Assembly: GCA_036556695.1 (NCBI GenBank)
Contig: DATBIY010000013.1
Span: 18,946-82,945, forward strand
DNA: 64,000 nt
Origin: Candidatus Limnocylindria bacterium
GTDB lineage: Bacteria > Chloroflexota > Limnocylindria > QHBO01
Direction: 5' to 3'
Position numbers and translations under genes: made by a program. The first letter of the stretch is position 1; each line of letters starts with the position of its first letter. Shown here one piece after another: positions 55,349-64,000 of this stretch. A model generated the notes under the pieces. It worked only from the letters and a program-made list of their open reading frames with translations. It did not search any database and was not told the origin of the DNA.

Positions 55349-56224
55349 GTGTCCGAGCCGCTCAGCGCGTGGCTCGGCCGTCCGGTGGTCGTGAAGGTCG
55401 AGACCGTCAACCCGGTCGGCTGCTTCAAGGGCCGCGGGACCTGGCTGTCGGTCCGTCATCTCGTCGCCGCCGGGGTGGTGGGGGAGTCGCGCGGCCTGGT
55501 GGTGGCGTCCGCCGGCAACTTCGGACAGGGCGTGGCCTATGCCGCGCGGGCCATGAACGTGCCGGTCAGCGTCGTTGCCGCGCGTTCCGCCAATCCGGCG
55601 AAGGTCGAGGCCATGCGCCGCCTGGGCGCCGACGTGCAGCTGGTCGGCGAAGACTTCGACGCCGCGCGAGCTGCAGCCGCCGAGAACGCCGACCGCCAGG
55701 GCTGGCAGCTGCTGGTGGACGGCCAAGATCCGTGGATCACCATTGGTGCCGGTACGATGGCCGTCGAGCTGACCGATGCGGTCTCGCGCAGCGATCTGCC
55801 CGCGCTGCAGGCGCTCTACGTGCCGGTTGGCAACGGGGCGCTGATCGGCGGGGTCGGGACCTGGCTGAAGGCCGCCTCACCGGCCACGCGCGTCATCGGC
55901 GTTCAGGCGGAGCGCGCACCTGCGATGACGCTCTCGTGGCAGCAGCAGCGCACCGTGGCGACGGAGACAGCCGATACCGTGGCTGACGGCATCGCGGTGC
56001 GCGTCCCGGTGGCGGAAGCCCTGACGGTGATGCGCGGCAGCGTGGACGACATGGTGCTCGTATCCGAGGAAGCGATCATCGCAGCGCAGAACGAGCTCAG
56101 CGCGGCGCTGCCGCTGGCGATCGAAGCCTCGGGTGCAGCTGCCTGGGCGGCGATGCGCACAGCTCCGGCGAGTGCCGGCGCTGTGGCCTTCGTCCTGACC
56201 GGCGGAAACGTGCCGCCGGGCTGA
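55349..56224 (+). CDS. PLP-dependent serine/threonine dehydratase family enzyme (true start probably upstream)
   Basis: VKVETVNPVGCFKGRG (PLP-Lys motif), SAGNFGQG. The conserved-looking N-terminal stretch (IAVTADAIRAAVGDIPPAF...) lies in frame upstream of GTG 55349 with no ATG/GTG/TTG. CTG 55262 overlaps the hflX stop. Confidence 0.78.
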   Translation: MSEPLSAWLGRPVVVKVETVNPVGCFKGRGTWLSVRHLVAAGVVGESRGLVVASAGNFGQGVAYAARAMNVPVSVVAARSANPAKVEAMRRLGADVQLVGEDFDAARAAAAENADRQGWQLLVDGQDPWITIGAGTMAVELTDAVSRSDLPALQALYVPVGNGALIGGVGTWLKAASPATRVIGVQAERAPAMTLSWQQQRTVATETADTVADGIAVRVPVAEALTVMRGSVDDMVLVSEEAIIAAQNELSAALPLAIEASGAAAWAAMRTAPASAGAVAFVLTGGNVPPG

Positions 56225-56225
56225 T

Positions 56226-56474
56226 TCAGGAGTGGCTGTCCGCGGTTGCGATGTGCGGTGCGGGAGCGGCAGCCGGTCGAGTGCGGCGCACGATCCGCTC
56301 GCGCAGCTTCAGGCCCGCGAGCAGATACACGGCGCAGCCGATCATCATCAGGCCGTAGCCGCCTGCCATCCGGGCAACATCGGCTGGATAGGTCATGCCG
56401 ACGATGACCAGCAAGGACCCGGTGAACGCGCCGGCCCAGCCTGCGCCCCAGAACGCGGGATGCGTCTTCTTCAT
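56226..56474 (-). CDS. small two-TM membrane protein, hypothetical
   Basis: 82 aa, MKKTHPAFWGAGWAGAF... with two hydrophobic helices. Confidence 0.45.
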   Translation of the reverse strand: MKKTHPAFWGAGWAGAFTGSLLVIVGMTYPADVARMAGGYGLMMIGCAVYLLAGLKLRERIVRRTRPAAAPAPHIATADSHS

Positions 56475-56598
56475 GATGCGAGCGTAGGGAATGGCGCGGC
56501 GACCAGCGATGATCCAAGGGTCCCGTTGGCGCCCACCAGAAGTCCCGGCACGGCCCGCCTATGCACTTCCCCAAAGATATGTTATGTGACGTGGCGGC

Positions 56599-58044
56599 TC
56601 AGGACGGCGAAAGCGGATCCCCGACATGGTAGACCGGCCCTGCGCCGACCTTGTCAGCAGCGGCACATACCGGTCCCACCAGTGGTGAGCCAAGGCGCAC
56701 CACGCCAATCGCAGTCTGACCGGCGTCGGCCTGCGCCTGGCCGATAATGCTGATCCAGTGCGGCGGCGGCTCACCGGCTGTTATGTCGAGCGTTGCAGCC
56801 ACACGGCGCACCTGCTGCCAGGTGTGTGGCGCATCGACGGCGATCATCGCGAAACCGGTGAATGCAACAGCCTGGTTGTCGAAGCGGAGCCGATACACGC
56901 CGGCGCCGCCGTGGTTAGCTGCCTCTGCCAAGCAGCGGGTGCCGTCCCAGGAGGCGCGAACCTCTCCGTCAAGCGCAAACGGCTCACCCCTGGGATCGCC
57001 CGCTGTCAGCGCTTCGAGGAACGCCCCCACGGCCAGTGCCGGCTCCGTGCCCGTGCTCACCCGGGCCGTGGGACCGGCGCTCACGCGCGCAAGGTGGCCC
57101 GCACCCGCGCCCTCCTGCACGATCGACAGCGCAACGTCCTCCCAGGTCACCAGGTCAGGATCGAGCAGCGCCAGCGCCGCGAGCTCGTCCCACAGGAACG
57201 TGCCGCCCTGCCATAGGTACGGATTCAAAGTCAGCAGCTCATACGCCAGGTTCGCAGCCGCCGAACCATTGCTCGCGTCCAGTTCCTGGTAGATCTCACC
57301 GCTGAGCGGCACCTGGTCGGTCGCGTCCAGGGTCACCAGGCGCACCGGCACGCCCAGCGGCAGTACCTGCGCCACTGCGGCTGGATCGGCGGCGAAGTTC
57401 CATTCCAGCGATGGCTCGACCGGCGTGCTCCCGTCCAGCATCACGTTCCCGGGTGCGTCCAGGGTGCCTCCCATGGCGTGGATGGCCGCCACTCGACCAA
57501 CGACGTCCGTCCGCGTCGCGAACAGGTCCTGCAGGTTGGTCCATGGTCCCAACTCGACGATGGTGACCGGCGATTGGGCCGTCACTAGCGCATCGGCCAG
57601 CACGTTGACCGCGCCGCCTGGCGTACCGACCGAGGCGTCCGGCAGGCCGAGGCCATATCCGCCGTCTGCCGCCGCGCGCCATTCTTCAGGAAAGGCGCGT
57701 GCACCGGCCCCTGGCTGCTCGCGGCCACAGCCGATGGGGATGTCTCCCCCACCAAGCTCGTGCAGCAGTCCATGCAGCACGCGCACGCCACCGCTGCAAT
57801 GGGCCAAACCGGTGCCAGCCACCGTGACCGCCCGGACGTCAACGTCACCACTGGAAAGCAGCACGGCGAGGGCAAGGATGTCATCGGCGCCCATGTCGGT
57901 GTCGACCACAACCTGGCGCGGTCCTTCGCTCGTCGAGGCCGTCGGTGTCGCGGATTGACTGCCAGAACCGCCACAGGCCGCCAGCGCCGCGGCAACGGCG
58001 AGGACGCCCGCCTTGCATGCACTGGGACGCGAACGGCGCCTCAT
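56599..58044 (-). CDS. lipoprotein nucleoside hydrolase (IUNH family) with extra ~150-aa C-terminal domain
   Basis: Lipobox-like signal (AAALAAC-GGSG). IUNH motif VVVDTDMGADDILAL. 481 aa versus about 310 for typical IUNH enzymes. Confidence 0.8.
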   Translation of the reverse strand: MRRRSRPSACKAGVLAVAAALAACGGSGSQSATPTASTSEGPRQVVVDTDMGADDILALAVLLSSGDVDVRAVTVAGTGLAHCSGGVRVLHGLLHELGGGDIPIGCGREQPGAGARAFPEEWRAAADGGYGLGLPDASVGTPGGAVNVLADALVTAQSPVTIVELGPWTNLQDLFATRTDVVGRVAAIHAMGGTLDAPGNVMLDGSTPVEPSLEWNFAADPAAVAQVLPLGVPVRLVTLDATDQVPLSGEIYQELDASNGSAAANLAYELLTLNPYLWQGGTFLWDELAALALLDPDLVTWEDVALSIVQEGAGAGHLARVSAGPTARVSTGTEPALAVGAFLEALTAGDPRGEPFALDGEVRASWDGTRCLAEAANHGGAGVYRLRFDNQAVAFTGFAMIAVDAPHTWQQVRRVAATLDITAGEPPPHWISIIGQAQADAGQTAIGVVRLGSPLVGPVCAAADKVGAGPVYHVGDPLSPS

Positions 58045-58122
58045 GCACTCCAGTTCACGCTCCAGGGCGCTAATCGGAAAGGGCCGAATGCCCTGCCGGC
58101 CATATGCCCGAGCCGCCCGAAC

Positions 58123-59316
58123 CTAGCTCGATCCGGCCACCAGCTCACGCGCGAGCGGCGTGGCGAAGCGCGGCACCACCTGCGTCGCGCGCAGCCACTC
58201 GGTAAGCCGCGCGGCGTCCGCAGCAACCGCATCCGAAGCCTCCGCGCCGATGTCCTCCAGCAGCCGCGTCACGACCTCGCCGGAGGGCAGGACGGCCCAG
58301 CCGCCGACAATGCGGCCGTCGCACCAGATCGTCGGCCCCGCATTGCCGGCGGTGTCGAACAGCTGCGCGCGGTGCGGGCCGAGGTACCAGTCGCGGACCT
58401 TCCAGCCCATGGTCGTCGGATCCAGCGCCGGCAGCAGCGCCACCCAGGGATCGACGGGCGGCGATGGTTTGGCATCATCCGGCAGCACGTAGGCCGGGCC
58501 AGCATCGGTCATGAGGCGGATCGCGCCGCTCCTGGCGATGGCTGCGCGCCCGTCGCGGGCGGACCAGCCCGTCCACCAGCGCACGTCCGCCTCCGTGACG
58601 GGGCCGAAGCGCCCGATGTACCGGCCGACGAGATCCGCCTGGGCCTCTGCCTCCGAAATGGCCGGCAGCGGCGCTCCGAGCCAGCGGGCCATGGTCGTCC
58701 AGCGATACTGGCTGCTGAGCCACGTTCCGCGCGGCCGGGCGCGGACCAGGCGTCCCTCGACTGCCAGGGTGAGCAGCATCCGGCTGGCCATGCTGACCTC
58801 GCCCTCCAGGCGCTGTCCAGGGTTGAGCAGCGCCCGTGCAGCGAGCATCGGGACGGTCTCAGTGAGCTCCCGCGCGCTCATCTCGCCACGCTCCTCGAAT
58901 GCGGCCAGGACTGCCGTCTCCGCGTGCGCCAGCCAGGCGTCGACGTCAGCCACGCCGAGCTGCGCTACGAGCGCCCTCGTGCGCCGCCGTTCGTTTCGCG
59001 CAACGCCGCCCGCCGCCGCTGCCTGGACGATCGACGCGTCCTCGGTCGGCACCACGAATACGGTCCGCCGCATGGCCAGCAGCCGAACCAGCGTCCGCCG
59101 CTCGTACAGCGCGTCGTCGATGGACTGCACCGACGGCTCCTTCATCCGCGCCCACGCCGAAAGATAAACGCTCGACGCGTCGGTCCCGTGCAGGCACACC
59201 ACCGATTGGGCCGCATCCTTCGGCGCGTCCGCCCGGGCCCAGGGCGCGAGGCAGTGCCGCACCGCCAGCCGACGCCTGCGCTCCCCGACGTCGATCTGCG
59301 CGTGGGTACCGGTCAT
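58123..59316 (-). CDS. winged-helix DNA-binding domain protein, YcaQ/AlkZ-like (DUF1006) DNA glycosylase family
   Basis: 397 aa (LHGTDASSVYLSAWAR, YERRTLVRLLAMRRTVFVVP). The ATG overlaps the metF-like stop (ATGA). Confidence 0.75.
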   Translation of the reverse strand: MTGTHAQIDVGERRRRLAVRHCLAPWARADAPKDAAQSVVCLHGTDASSVYLSAWARMKEPSVQSIDDALYERRTLVRLLAMRRTVFVVPTEDASIVQAAAAGGVARNERRRTRALVAQLGVADVDAWLAHAETAVLAAFEERGEMSARELTETVPMLAARALLNPGQRLEGEVSMASRMLLTLAVEGRLVRARPRGTWLSSQYRWTTMARWLGAPLPAISEAEAQADLVGRYIGRFGPVTEADVRWWTGWSARDGRAAIARSGAIRLMTDAGPAYVLPDDAKPSPPVDPWVALLPALDPTTMGWKVRDWYLGPHRAQLFDTAGNAGPTIWCDGRIVGGWAVLPSGEVVTRLLEDIGAEASDAVAADAARLTEWLRATQVVPRFATPLARELVAGSS

Positions 59317-60176
59317 CCGCCGTCGGTCGTCAGCGACGCCAGCAGGCGGCGGCGCCAGGCCTCCGTCTGCCGCACCTGGTTGAAGGTGAAGACGTGGAGC
59401 CCGCGCACGCCGGCTTCCGCGTCCGCCAGGGTGGGCGCCAGGTCAGTCAGCAGGCCATCGGGCCGATATCCCCCGGGCCTCAGCAGCCGGGTGACCAAGC
59501 TGCCCTGCTTGGCGACGAAGCGGGCGGCATCGGCCACGCCGATGCGCGTGCTGATGCGCAGGAGACGCGTGGCCTCGACGTCGCCGGGGATGCCCACGTC
59601 GATGGGCAGCGTGATGCCCGCCTCGCGCGTCCGCCACAGCCAGGCCGTCAGCCCATCGGCGTCGAAGCACAGCTGCGTGGTCATGTAGTCGGCATATGGC
59701 GCCTTGGCGGCCAGCGCGGCCGCCAGGGATGCGTCGGGGATGCTCGGATGCCCCTGCGGGTAGGCGGCGATGCCGATCTCGCGCAGGTGGTGGCCGGCCT
59801 CGGCCATGTCGCGCAGCAGGGCCAGCGCATCCGGGTAGACGCCCGCGTCGCGCTCGTCACCGCCGACTACGAAGGCGCGGTCCAGGCCCGCGTCGCGCAT
59901 GCGTGCCAGCAGCGCCCGCCGATGCGGCCGGTCGCGCACCATGCGCGCCGCCAGGTGGATCACCACCTGGAAGCCCCGCTCCCGAAGTCGCTTCCCCACC
60001 TCTATGCTGGCTTCGAGCCCTTTCCCAGGTGAGGCCGTTACCGCCAGCAGGGCGCCCGCCGGCAGCGCATCGAGCTGCTCGTCCAGGCTGCCCAGCGGCA
60101 GGACCTCCAGCTTGGCCGCGCCCAGCAGGCGCCCCAGCGTTTCGCGCACGGCGGGTTCGAGCCGGCGGCGGCCCAC
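59313..60176 (-). CDS. metF: methylenetetrahydrofolate reductase family protein
   Basis: GDERDAGVYPDALALL, IGIAAYPQGHP, MTTQLCFD. GTG 60176 lies 1 nt after the upstream TAA. The longer ORF overlaps the upstream gene. Confidence 0.8.
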   Translation of the reverse strand: MGRRRLEPAVRETLGRLLGAAKLEVLPLGSLDEQLDALPAGALLAVTASPGKGLEASIEVGKRLRERGFQVVIHLAARMVRDRPHRRALLARMRDAGLDRAFVVGGDERDAGVYPDALALLRDMAEAGHHLREIGIAAYPQGHPSIPDASLAAALAAKAPYADYMTTQLCFDADGLTAWLWRTREAGITLPIDVGIPGDVEATRLLRISTRIGVADAARFVAKQGSLVTRLLRPGGYRPDGLLTDLAPTLADAEAGVRGLHVFTFNQVRQTEAWRRRLLASLTTDGG

Positions 60177-60177
60177 G

Positions 60178-61365
60178 TTACGAGACCGGAATGCGCTTCT
60201 CCGGGTCGACGAACGGCATCGGCACGACCGTGGCGGAGCGCCCACCCCATTCGGTCTCGACGTGGAGCTGCGTGCCCTCGACAGCAAGCTCGACCGGCAC
60301 CCAGCAGTAGCCGATGTTGCGCGCCAGGCGCGGCGAGTAGATGGCCGAGGTCATCTTGCCGATGCGCTCTGCGTCGCCGGACGCGCGGTACGCCGGCCAC
60401 TTCTCGAAGTTCAGGGCAGGGAACGGCTCACCGTCGAGCTCGACTCCCACGATTCGCCGTGACACGCCGGCCTCCTTGATGCGCCGCAGCGCCGGCAGTG
60501 AGAGGCAGGCCGCGTCGTCCAGGCCCCACGCCACAAGGCGCTCGAGCCCCATTTCCAGCGGGTTGTTCTCGTAGGTCATGTCCGCGCCCCAGTTGAAGAT
60601 GCCGCCCTCGATGCGGCGGATGTCCGAGGGACCGGTGGGCCGCACGTTGTACGGGCGACCCGCCTCCATGACGGCGTCCCACAGATCGGCACCGCGCGCC
60701 ATGTCGAGCAGGTAGATCTCGTAGCCGACCTCGGACGTCCAGCCAGTGCGAGTGATGACCACCGGGATGCCGCGCACCTCCGCGCGCCGCCACCAGTAGT
60801 ACTTCAGATCGAGAATCCCCTCCCCCACCAGGTCGCGCATGAGGTCACGCGACTTCGGGCCCTGGATCTGCATCGGCGCCACCTCCGCCTCGCGGATGGT
60901 GACGTCAAGGTCCGGGTAGGCGTGGCGCAGGCCGCGGGCGAAGAGCAGCGCGTCGGACGAGGCCAGCGCGAACCAGAACGTGTTCTCGTCCATGCGGGTC
61001 ATGACCGGGTCGTTGATGATCCCGCCGTCCCCGTCGCAGATCAGCACGTACTTCGCCTGGCCCACGGCGCATTTCGAGAGGTCCCGCGGGGTGAGCAGCT
61101 GCGCGAAGCGCGCGCCGTCCGGCCCGGAGATCTCCAGGCAGCGCTCCACCGACACGTCCCAGACGGTCACGTCATTGAGCAGCGCCTCGAACTCGGCCTC
61201 GAACGATTCGAAGCGGATGGGAAACAGCATGTGGTTGTAGACCGTGAAGCCCTGCGGCCCGAGGCGCTGGGTGGCCTGGTAGTAGGGGCTGCGGCGCAGG
61301 CGTGCGCCGCGCTGCACGAGCGCCATGTCGAAGCCGGTCTCGGCGGCTCGCTGGGTGACGGTCAT
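60178..61365 (-). CDS. GcvT-family aminomethyltransferase, DmdA-like THF-dependent demethylase
   Basis: RRSPYY, FTVYNHMLFP, WDVSVERCLEISGPDG, GGIINDPV, QIQGPKS. GAGGAAG SD. Confidence 0.82.
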   Translation of the reverse strand: MTVTQRAAETGFDMALVQRGARLRRSPYYQATQRLGPQGFTVYNHMLFPIRFESFEAEFEALLNDVTVWDVSVERCLEISGPDGARFAQLLTPRDLSKCAVGQAKYVLICDGDGGIINDPVMTRMDENTFWFALASSDALLFARGLRHAYPDLDVTIREAEVAPMQIQGPKSRDLMRDLVGEGILDLKYYWWRRAEVRGIPVVITRTGWTSEVGYEIYLLDMARGADLWDAVMEAGRPYNVRPTGPSDIRRIEGGIFNWGADMTYENNPLEMGLERLVAWGLDDAACLSLPALRRIKEAGVSRRIVGVELDGEPFPALNFEKWPAYRASGDAERIGKMTSAIYSPRLARNIGYCWVPVELAVEGTQLHVETEWGGRSATVVPMPFVDPEKRIPVS

Positions 61366-61568
61366 TGGCGTTGCTTCCTCGTCGGCTGGCGGGTTGTCGA
61401 ACCGCTACACAGTACGGCACGCGCGTGGCGTCGAGTGATGCAACACACCGTGCTCTTCGTACCTCGTGAGGGGGAGCCGCTGGTGCCGCCTTGCCGCCCG
61501 ATCCGGCAGGCGTTGGCGGCCCGAGCCGGCGTCGCCGGCTCGAGTTGGCACGCTTCAGCAGTCAGGCG

Positions 61569-61943
61569 TCAGCGGTCGCGCTGCACCCCAAGCGTGACGG
61601 CGGCCGCGACCACTGCCACGGCCAGCGCGAACGCCTCAGCGCCGTTGAGCGCCGGCCCTCCGGCGAAGGCTGCAGTGGCCTGGCTCGGCACCGCGCCCAG
61701 CACCACCGGCACCACGACCCAGCCCAGCACCAGCGCGGTCGGTGCCATGGCGCCGGGCAGCGTGAGCGAGCGCGTCAGGACAGCGGTCAGCAGTCCCAGG
61801 AAGGCGGACAGCAGCAGCACCAGCACCACTGCCGGCTGGTCGCGTGCCCCCGATGCCTCGACCAGCCGCACGAGCCCCTGCTCCAGCAACGCCACGGCAA
61901 CGGCCAGGATGATGGTCAGCACGACGGTGCGGGTGGGATTCAT
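61569..61943 (-). CDS. hydrophobic membrane protein, hypothetical
   Basis: 124 aa with about 4 hydrophobic segments. The start is 4 nt after the murC-type stop. Confidence 0.5.
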   Translation of the reverse strand: MNPTRTVVLTIILAVAVALLEQGLVRLVEASGARDQPAVVLVLLLSAFLGLLTAVLTRSLTLPGAMAPTALVLGWVVVPVVLGAVPSQATAAFAGGPALNGAEAFALAVAVVAAAVTLGVQRDR

Positions 61944-61947
61944 CGGC

Positions 61948-63378
61948 CTACAGATCCGGCGCCATCGAGCGCGGAGCCGATATCACGCCAGCCTCCAGCG
62001 CCCCCTTCAGGTGCTGGGCGATGCGATACGACTTGCCGGCGCCCATCACCAGCACCGCGTCGCCGGCGGCCAGGTGATCGGCCACGTAGGCGGCAGTGGC
62101 CGCCGCATCCCCCACCGCGATGGCCGGTACGGCGGAGACGCGCTCAACCGCATCGGCCAGGGCAGCCGCGGAGGTCGAACGCAGCGCCTCGTCCGTGTCG
62201 CGCGAGGCAAAGATGTCGCAGATCACCACCTCGTCGGCCTCGCGGAAGGCGGCGGCGAAGTCGTCGAACAGCAGCGCGGTGCGCGAGTACATGTGCGGCT
62301 CGAAGACGGCCCACAGCCTTCGCTCCCCCACCTTCTGGCGCATCGCCGACAGCGTCGCGCGAATCTCGGTCGGATGGTGGCCGTAGTCGTCGTAGACCAG
62401 CACGCCGGCAGTATCCGCGATCAGCTCCAGCCGCCGCCCGGCTCCCGCGAACGTCCTCAGGCCCTCCGCCAACCTTTCGAGTGACGCTCCCAACTCGCGC
62501 GCCAGCGTCAGCGCCGCCGTCGCGTTCAGCACATTGTGCTCCCCTGCGAGCGTCATTTCGAACGGATGTGCGAATAGGCGGAAGCGCGTTCCCCCGCTGC
62601 TGTAGGCCACGTCGCCGGCCACCACGTCGCCGCCAGGACCGTAGGTCAGCACACGGCCATCCCATTCGCCCAGGCGAGCCAGGAGGTCACGTGCACCGGG
62701 GTCCGCTGCCGTGGTCAGCAGCAGGCTGCCACCCAGCGACGGATGAGGGCGCATGCCGCGAACGAAGCGCTCCATGGACGCGAGGACGGCCTGGCGATCG
62801 GCGAAATAGTCCGGGTGGTCCATTTCCACGTTCGTCACGATCGCACCGGCCGGGTGATAGTTGAGGAAGTTGTCGCCGAACTCATCGGCCTCGACCACGA
62901 ACGGCACGCCGGCGCCGGGTCGGACGGTGGCGCCCCACTCCGCCATGAACGCACCGACTTCGACGGTTGGGTCCATGCCCGCCGCGATCAGCAGGTGGCC
63001 CAGCAGGGCGGTTGTGGTCGACTTTCCGTGCGTGCCAGTGACCGCCAGGCCGATGCGGCCTTCGGCCGCCATCAGCTCCCCCAGGACGTGCTGCCAGCTC
63101 ACGACCGGCAGCCCCTGCTCGTGCGCAGCGACCAGCTCCGGCAGGTCGGGCACGGCTCGCAGGGCGGGCGTGACGACGACCCGCTCAACGCCCGCGAGAT
63201 GGGCCGGATCGTGCCCCAGCTGGATGCGGATGCCGGCAGCCTCGAGGGGCGGCGTGTAGGGCGACGGCGTGTCGGCGTCGCAGCCGTCGACCGCCATGCC
63301 GGCGTGGTGCATCAACAGCGCGACGCCGGCAGCTCCCGATCCGGCGATGCCGATGACGTGGGCTCGCTCGCCGCGCAC
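61948..63378 (-). CDS. murC: Mur ligase family, UDP-N-acetylmuramate--L-alanine ligase type (MurC/Mpl)
   Basis: HVIGIAGSGAAGVA, GTHGKSTTTALL, EADEFGDNF, NVEMDHPDY. GTG 63378 was chosen because the longer ORF overlaps cinA. Confidence 0.82.
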   Translation of the reverse strand: MRGERAHVIGIAGSGAAGVALLMHHAGMAVDGCDADTPSPYTPPLEAAGIRIQLGHDPAHLAGVERVVVTPALRAVPDLPELVAAHEQGLPVVSWQHVLGELMAAEGRIGLAVTGTHGKSTTTALLGHLLIAAGMDPTVEVGAFMAEWGATVRPGAGVPFVVEADEFGDNFLNYHPAGAIVTNVEMDHPDYFADRQAVLASMERFVRGMRPHPSLGGSLLLTTAADPGARDLLARLGEWDGRVLTYGPGGDVVAGDVAYSSGGTRFRLFAHPFEMTLAGEHNVLNATAALTLARELGASLERLAEGLRTFAGAGRRLELIADTAGVLVYDDYGHHPTEIRATLSAMRQKVGERRLWAVFEPHMYSRTALLFDDFAAAFREADEVVICDIFASRDTDEALRSTSAAALADAVERVSAVPAIAVGDAAATAAYVADHLAAGDAVLVMGAGKSYRIAQHLKGALEAGVISAPRSMAPDL

Positions 63379-63391
63379 GGAGGGCGGCCCG

Positions 63392-63910
63392 TCAGCCTGC
63401 CGGGGACGCAGCGAGGACCTCGGCCAGGCCCAGCTCAAGGGCGTCGAGCGCGGCCGCGGCCTTGTTGCCGTCGCGATCGTGGGCATACAGCCGGTGCTCG
63501 GCACGCGCCGGGTGGCCCCGCAGCGCCACGCCGATCCAGTGCGAGCCCACCGGCTTCCTCTCGCTGCCGCCCTCCGGGCCGGCCACGCCGGTGACGGAGA
63601 TGCCCAGCTCGGTGCCGAAGCGCGCCCGCACGCCCTCTGCCATGGCGGCGGCAACCTCCGCCGAGACGGCGCCATGCAGCTCCAACATCTCCGCCGGCAC
63701 GCCCAGCTCCACCTCCTTGGCAAGGTTCGAGTAGCTGATCACACCGCCCGGGTAGTAGTCCGACGAGCCGGGGATCATCGTGATCGAGTGGCCGATGAGC
63801 CCACCCGTCGACGACTCGGCCGTGGCCAGACGCCAATCGGCGGCGCGCAGCGCCTGGCCCAGGCGACGTGCGGCGTCGGCCAGCTGCGCCTCGGATGGGC
63901 CACCGCTCAT
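63392..63910 (-). CDS. cinA: CinA C-terminal domain / nicotinamide-nucleotide amidohydrolase PncC type
   Basis: ATAESSTGGLIG, SYSNLAKEVELGV, GISVTGVAGP. Confidence 0.85.
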   Translation of the reverse strand: MSGGPSEAQLADAARRLGQALRAADWRLATAESSTGGLIGHSITMIPGSSDYYPGGVISYSNLAKEVELGVPAEMLELHGAVSAEVAAAMAEGVRARFGTELGISVTGVAGPEGGSERKPVGSHWIGVALRGHPARAEHRLYAHDRDGNKAAAALDALELGLAEVLAASPAG

Positions 63911-64000
63911 CGGTAGTTCTCGAACTGCAATGCCACGGCGTAGTCCAGGCTGCGCAGGTGCTGGATCACCGCCTGCAGCTCGTCCTTGCTATTGCCGCTG
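63907..64000 (-). CDS. 3' end of an unidentified CDS (continues beyond the window)
   Basis: The minus-strand frame reads ...SKDELQAVIQHLRSLDYAVALQFENYR*, with the TGA overlapping the cinA ATG (ATGA). Confidence 0.4.
   Translation of the reverse strand, partial: SGNSKDELQAVIQHLRSLDYAVALQFENYR

Noticed and set aside
58079-58089. 11-mer AAGGGCCGAAT shared with 40603-40613 (with AATCGG nearby in both), considered as a dispersed REP-like element
   Set aside because: In 64 kb, hundreds of repeated 11-mers are expected by chance (about N^2/2/4^11). The flanks do not align further.

Overview
High-GC (roughly 68-70% by eye) bacterial chromosomal segment, densely coding on both strands. I recognised no rRNA, tRNA, CRISPR array, transposase or integrase. 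The backbone is conserved housekeeping blocks: thrS-(VOC)-infC-rpmI-rplT-pheS-pheT; cvpA-mpg-mutS2; a class A PBP; tyrS; an EF-G paralog; yebC-ruvC-ruvA; ruvB; queA and tgt; recA-recX; rny-ymdB-miaA; hflX; murC-type ligase and cinA. RNase Y + YmdB + MutS2, an F420/LLM-type oxidoreductase and many leaderless-type starts suggest a high-GC monoderm lineage (Chloroflexota/Thermomicrobia-like or deep Actinomycetota); this is inference only. The main accessory content is a ~21 kb purine/urate catabolism neighbourhood (about 21.2-42.2 kb) wedged between ruvA and ruvB/queA. It encodes a three-subunit xanthine dehydrogenase plus a MocA-like cytidylyltransferase, urate oxidase, HIU hydrolase, a GNAT::OHCU-decarboxylase fusion, a hydantoinase-type cyclic amidohydrolase, malate synthase A and an NCS2 purine permease with a long repeat-rich upstream region. 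Several uncharacterised proteins are interleaved: DUF3830, a DUF6265-like protein, a COG3653-type amidohydrolase, VOC, a SAM-MTase and a CopD/HemJ/PuuD-like membrane protein. The best candidate for undescribed biology is the apparent absence of canonical allantoate-to-glyoxylate enzymes from this locus, with these unknowns in their place. Other notable points: a recurrent -10 hexamer placed 6-9 nt from the start codon at many genes (leaderless mRNAs); an ATA start and leader hairpin at infC; a PAS/MBL-hydrolase pair; a DmdA-like/MetF/YcaQ operon; a lipoprotein nucleoside hydrolase with an extra domain; and short tandem duplications at three gene ends. All family assignments come from reading the translations by eye; no database search was run.
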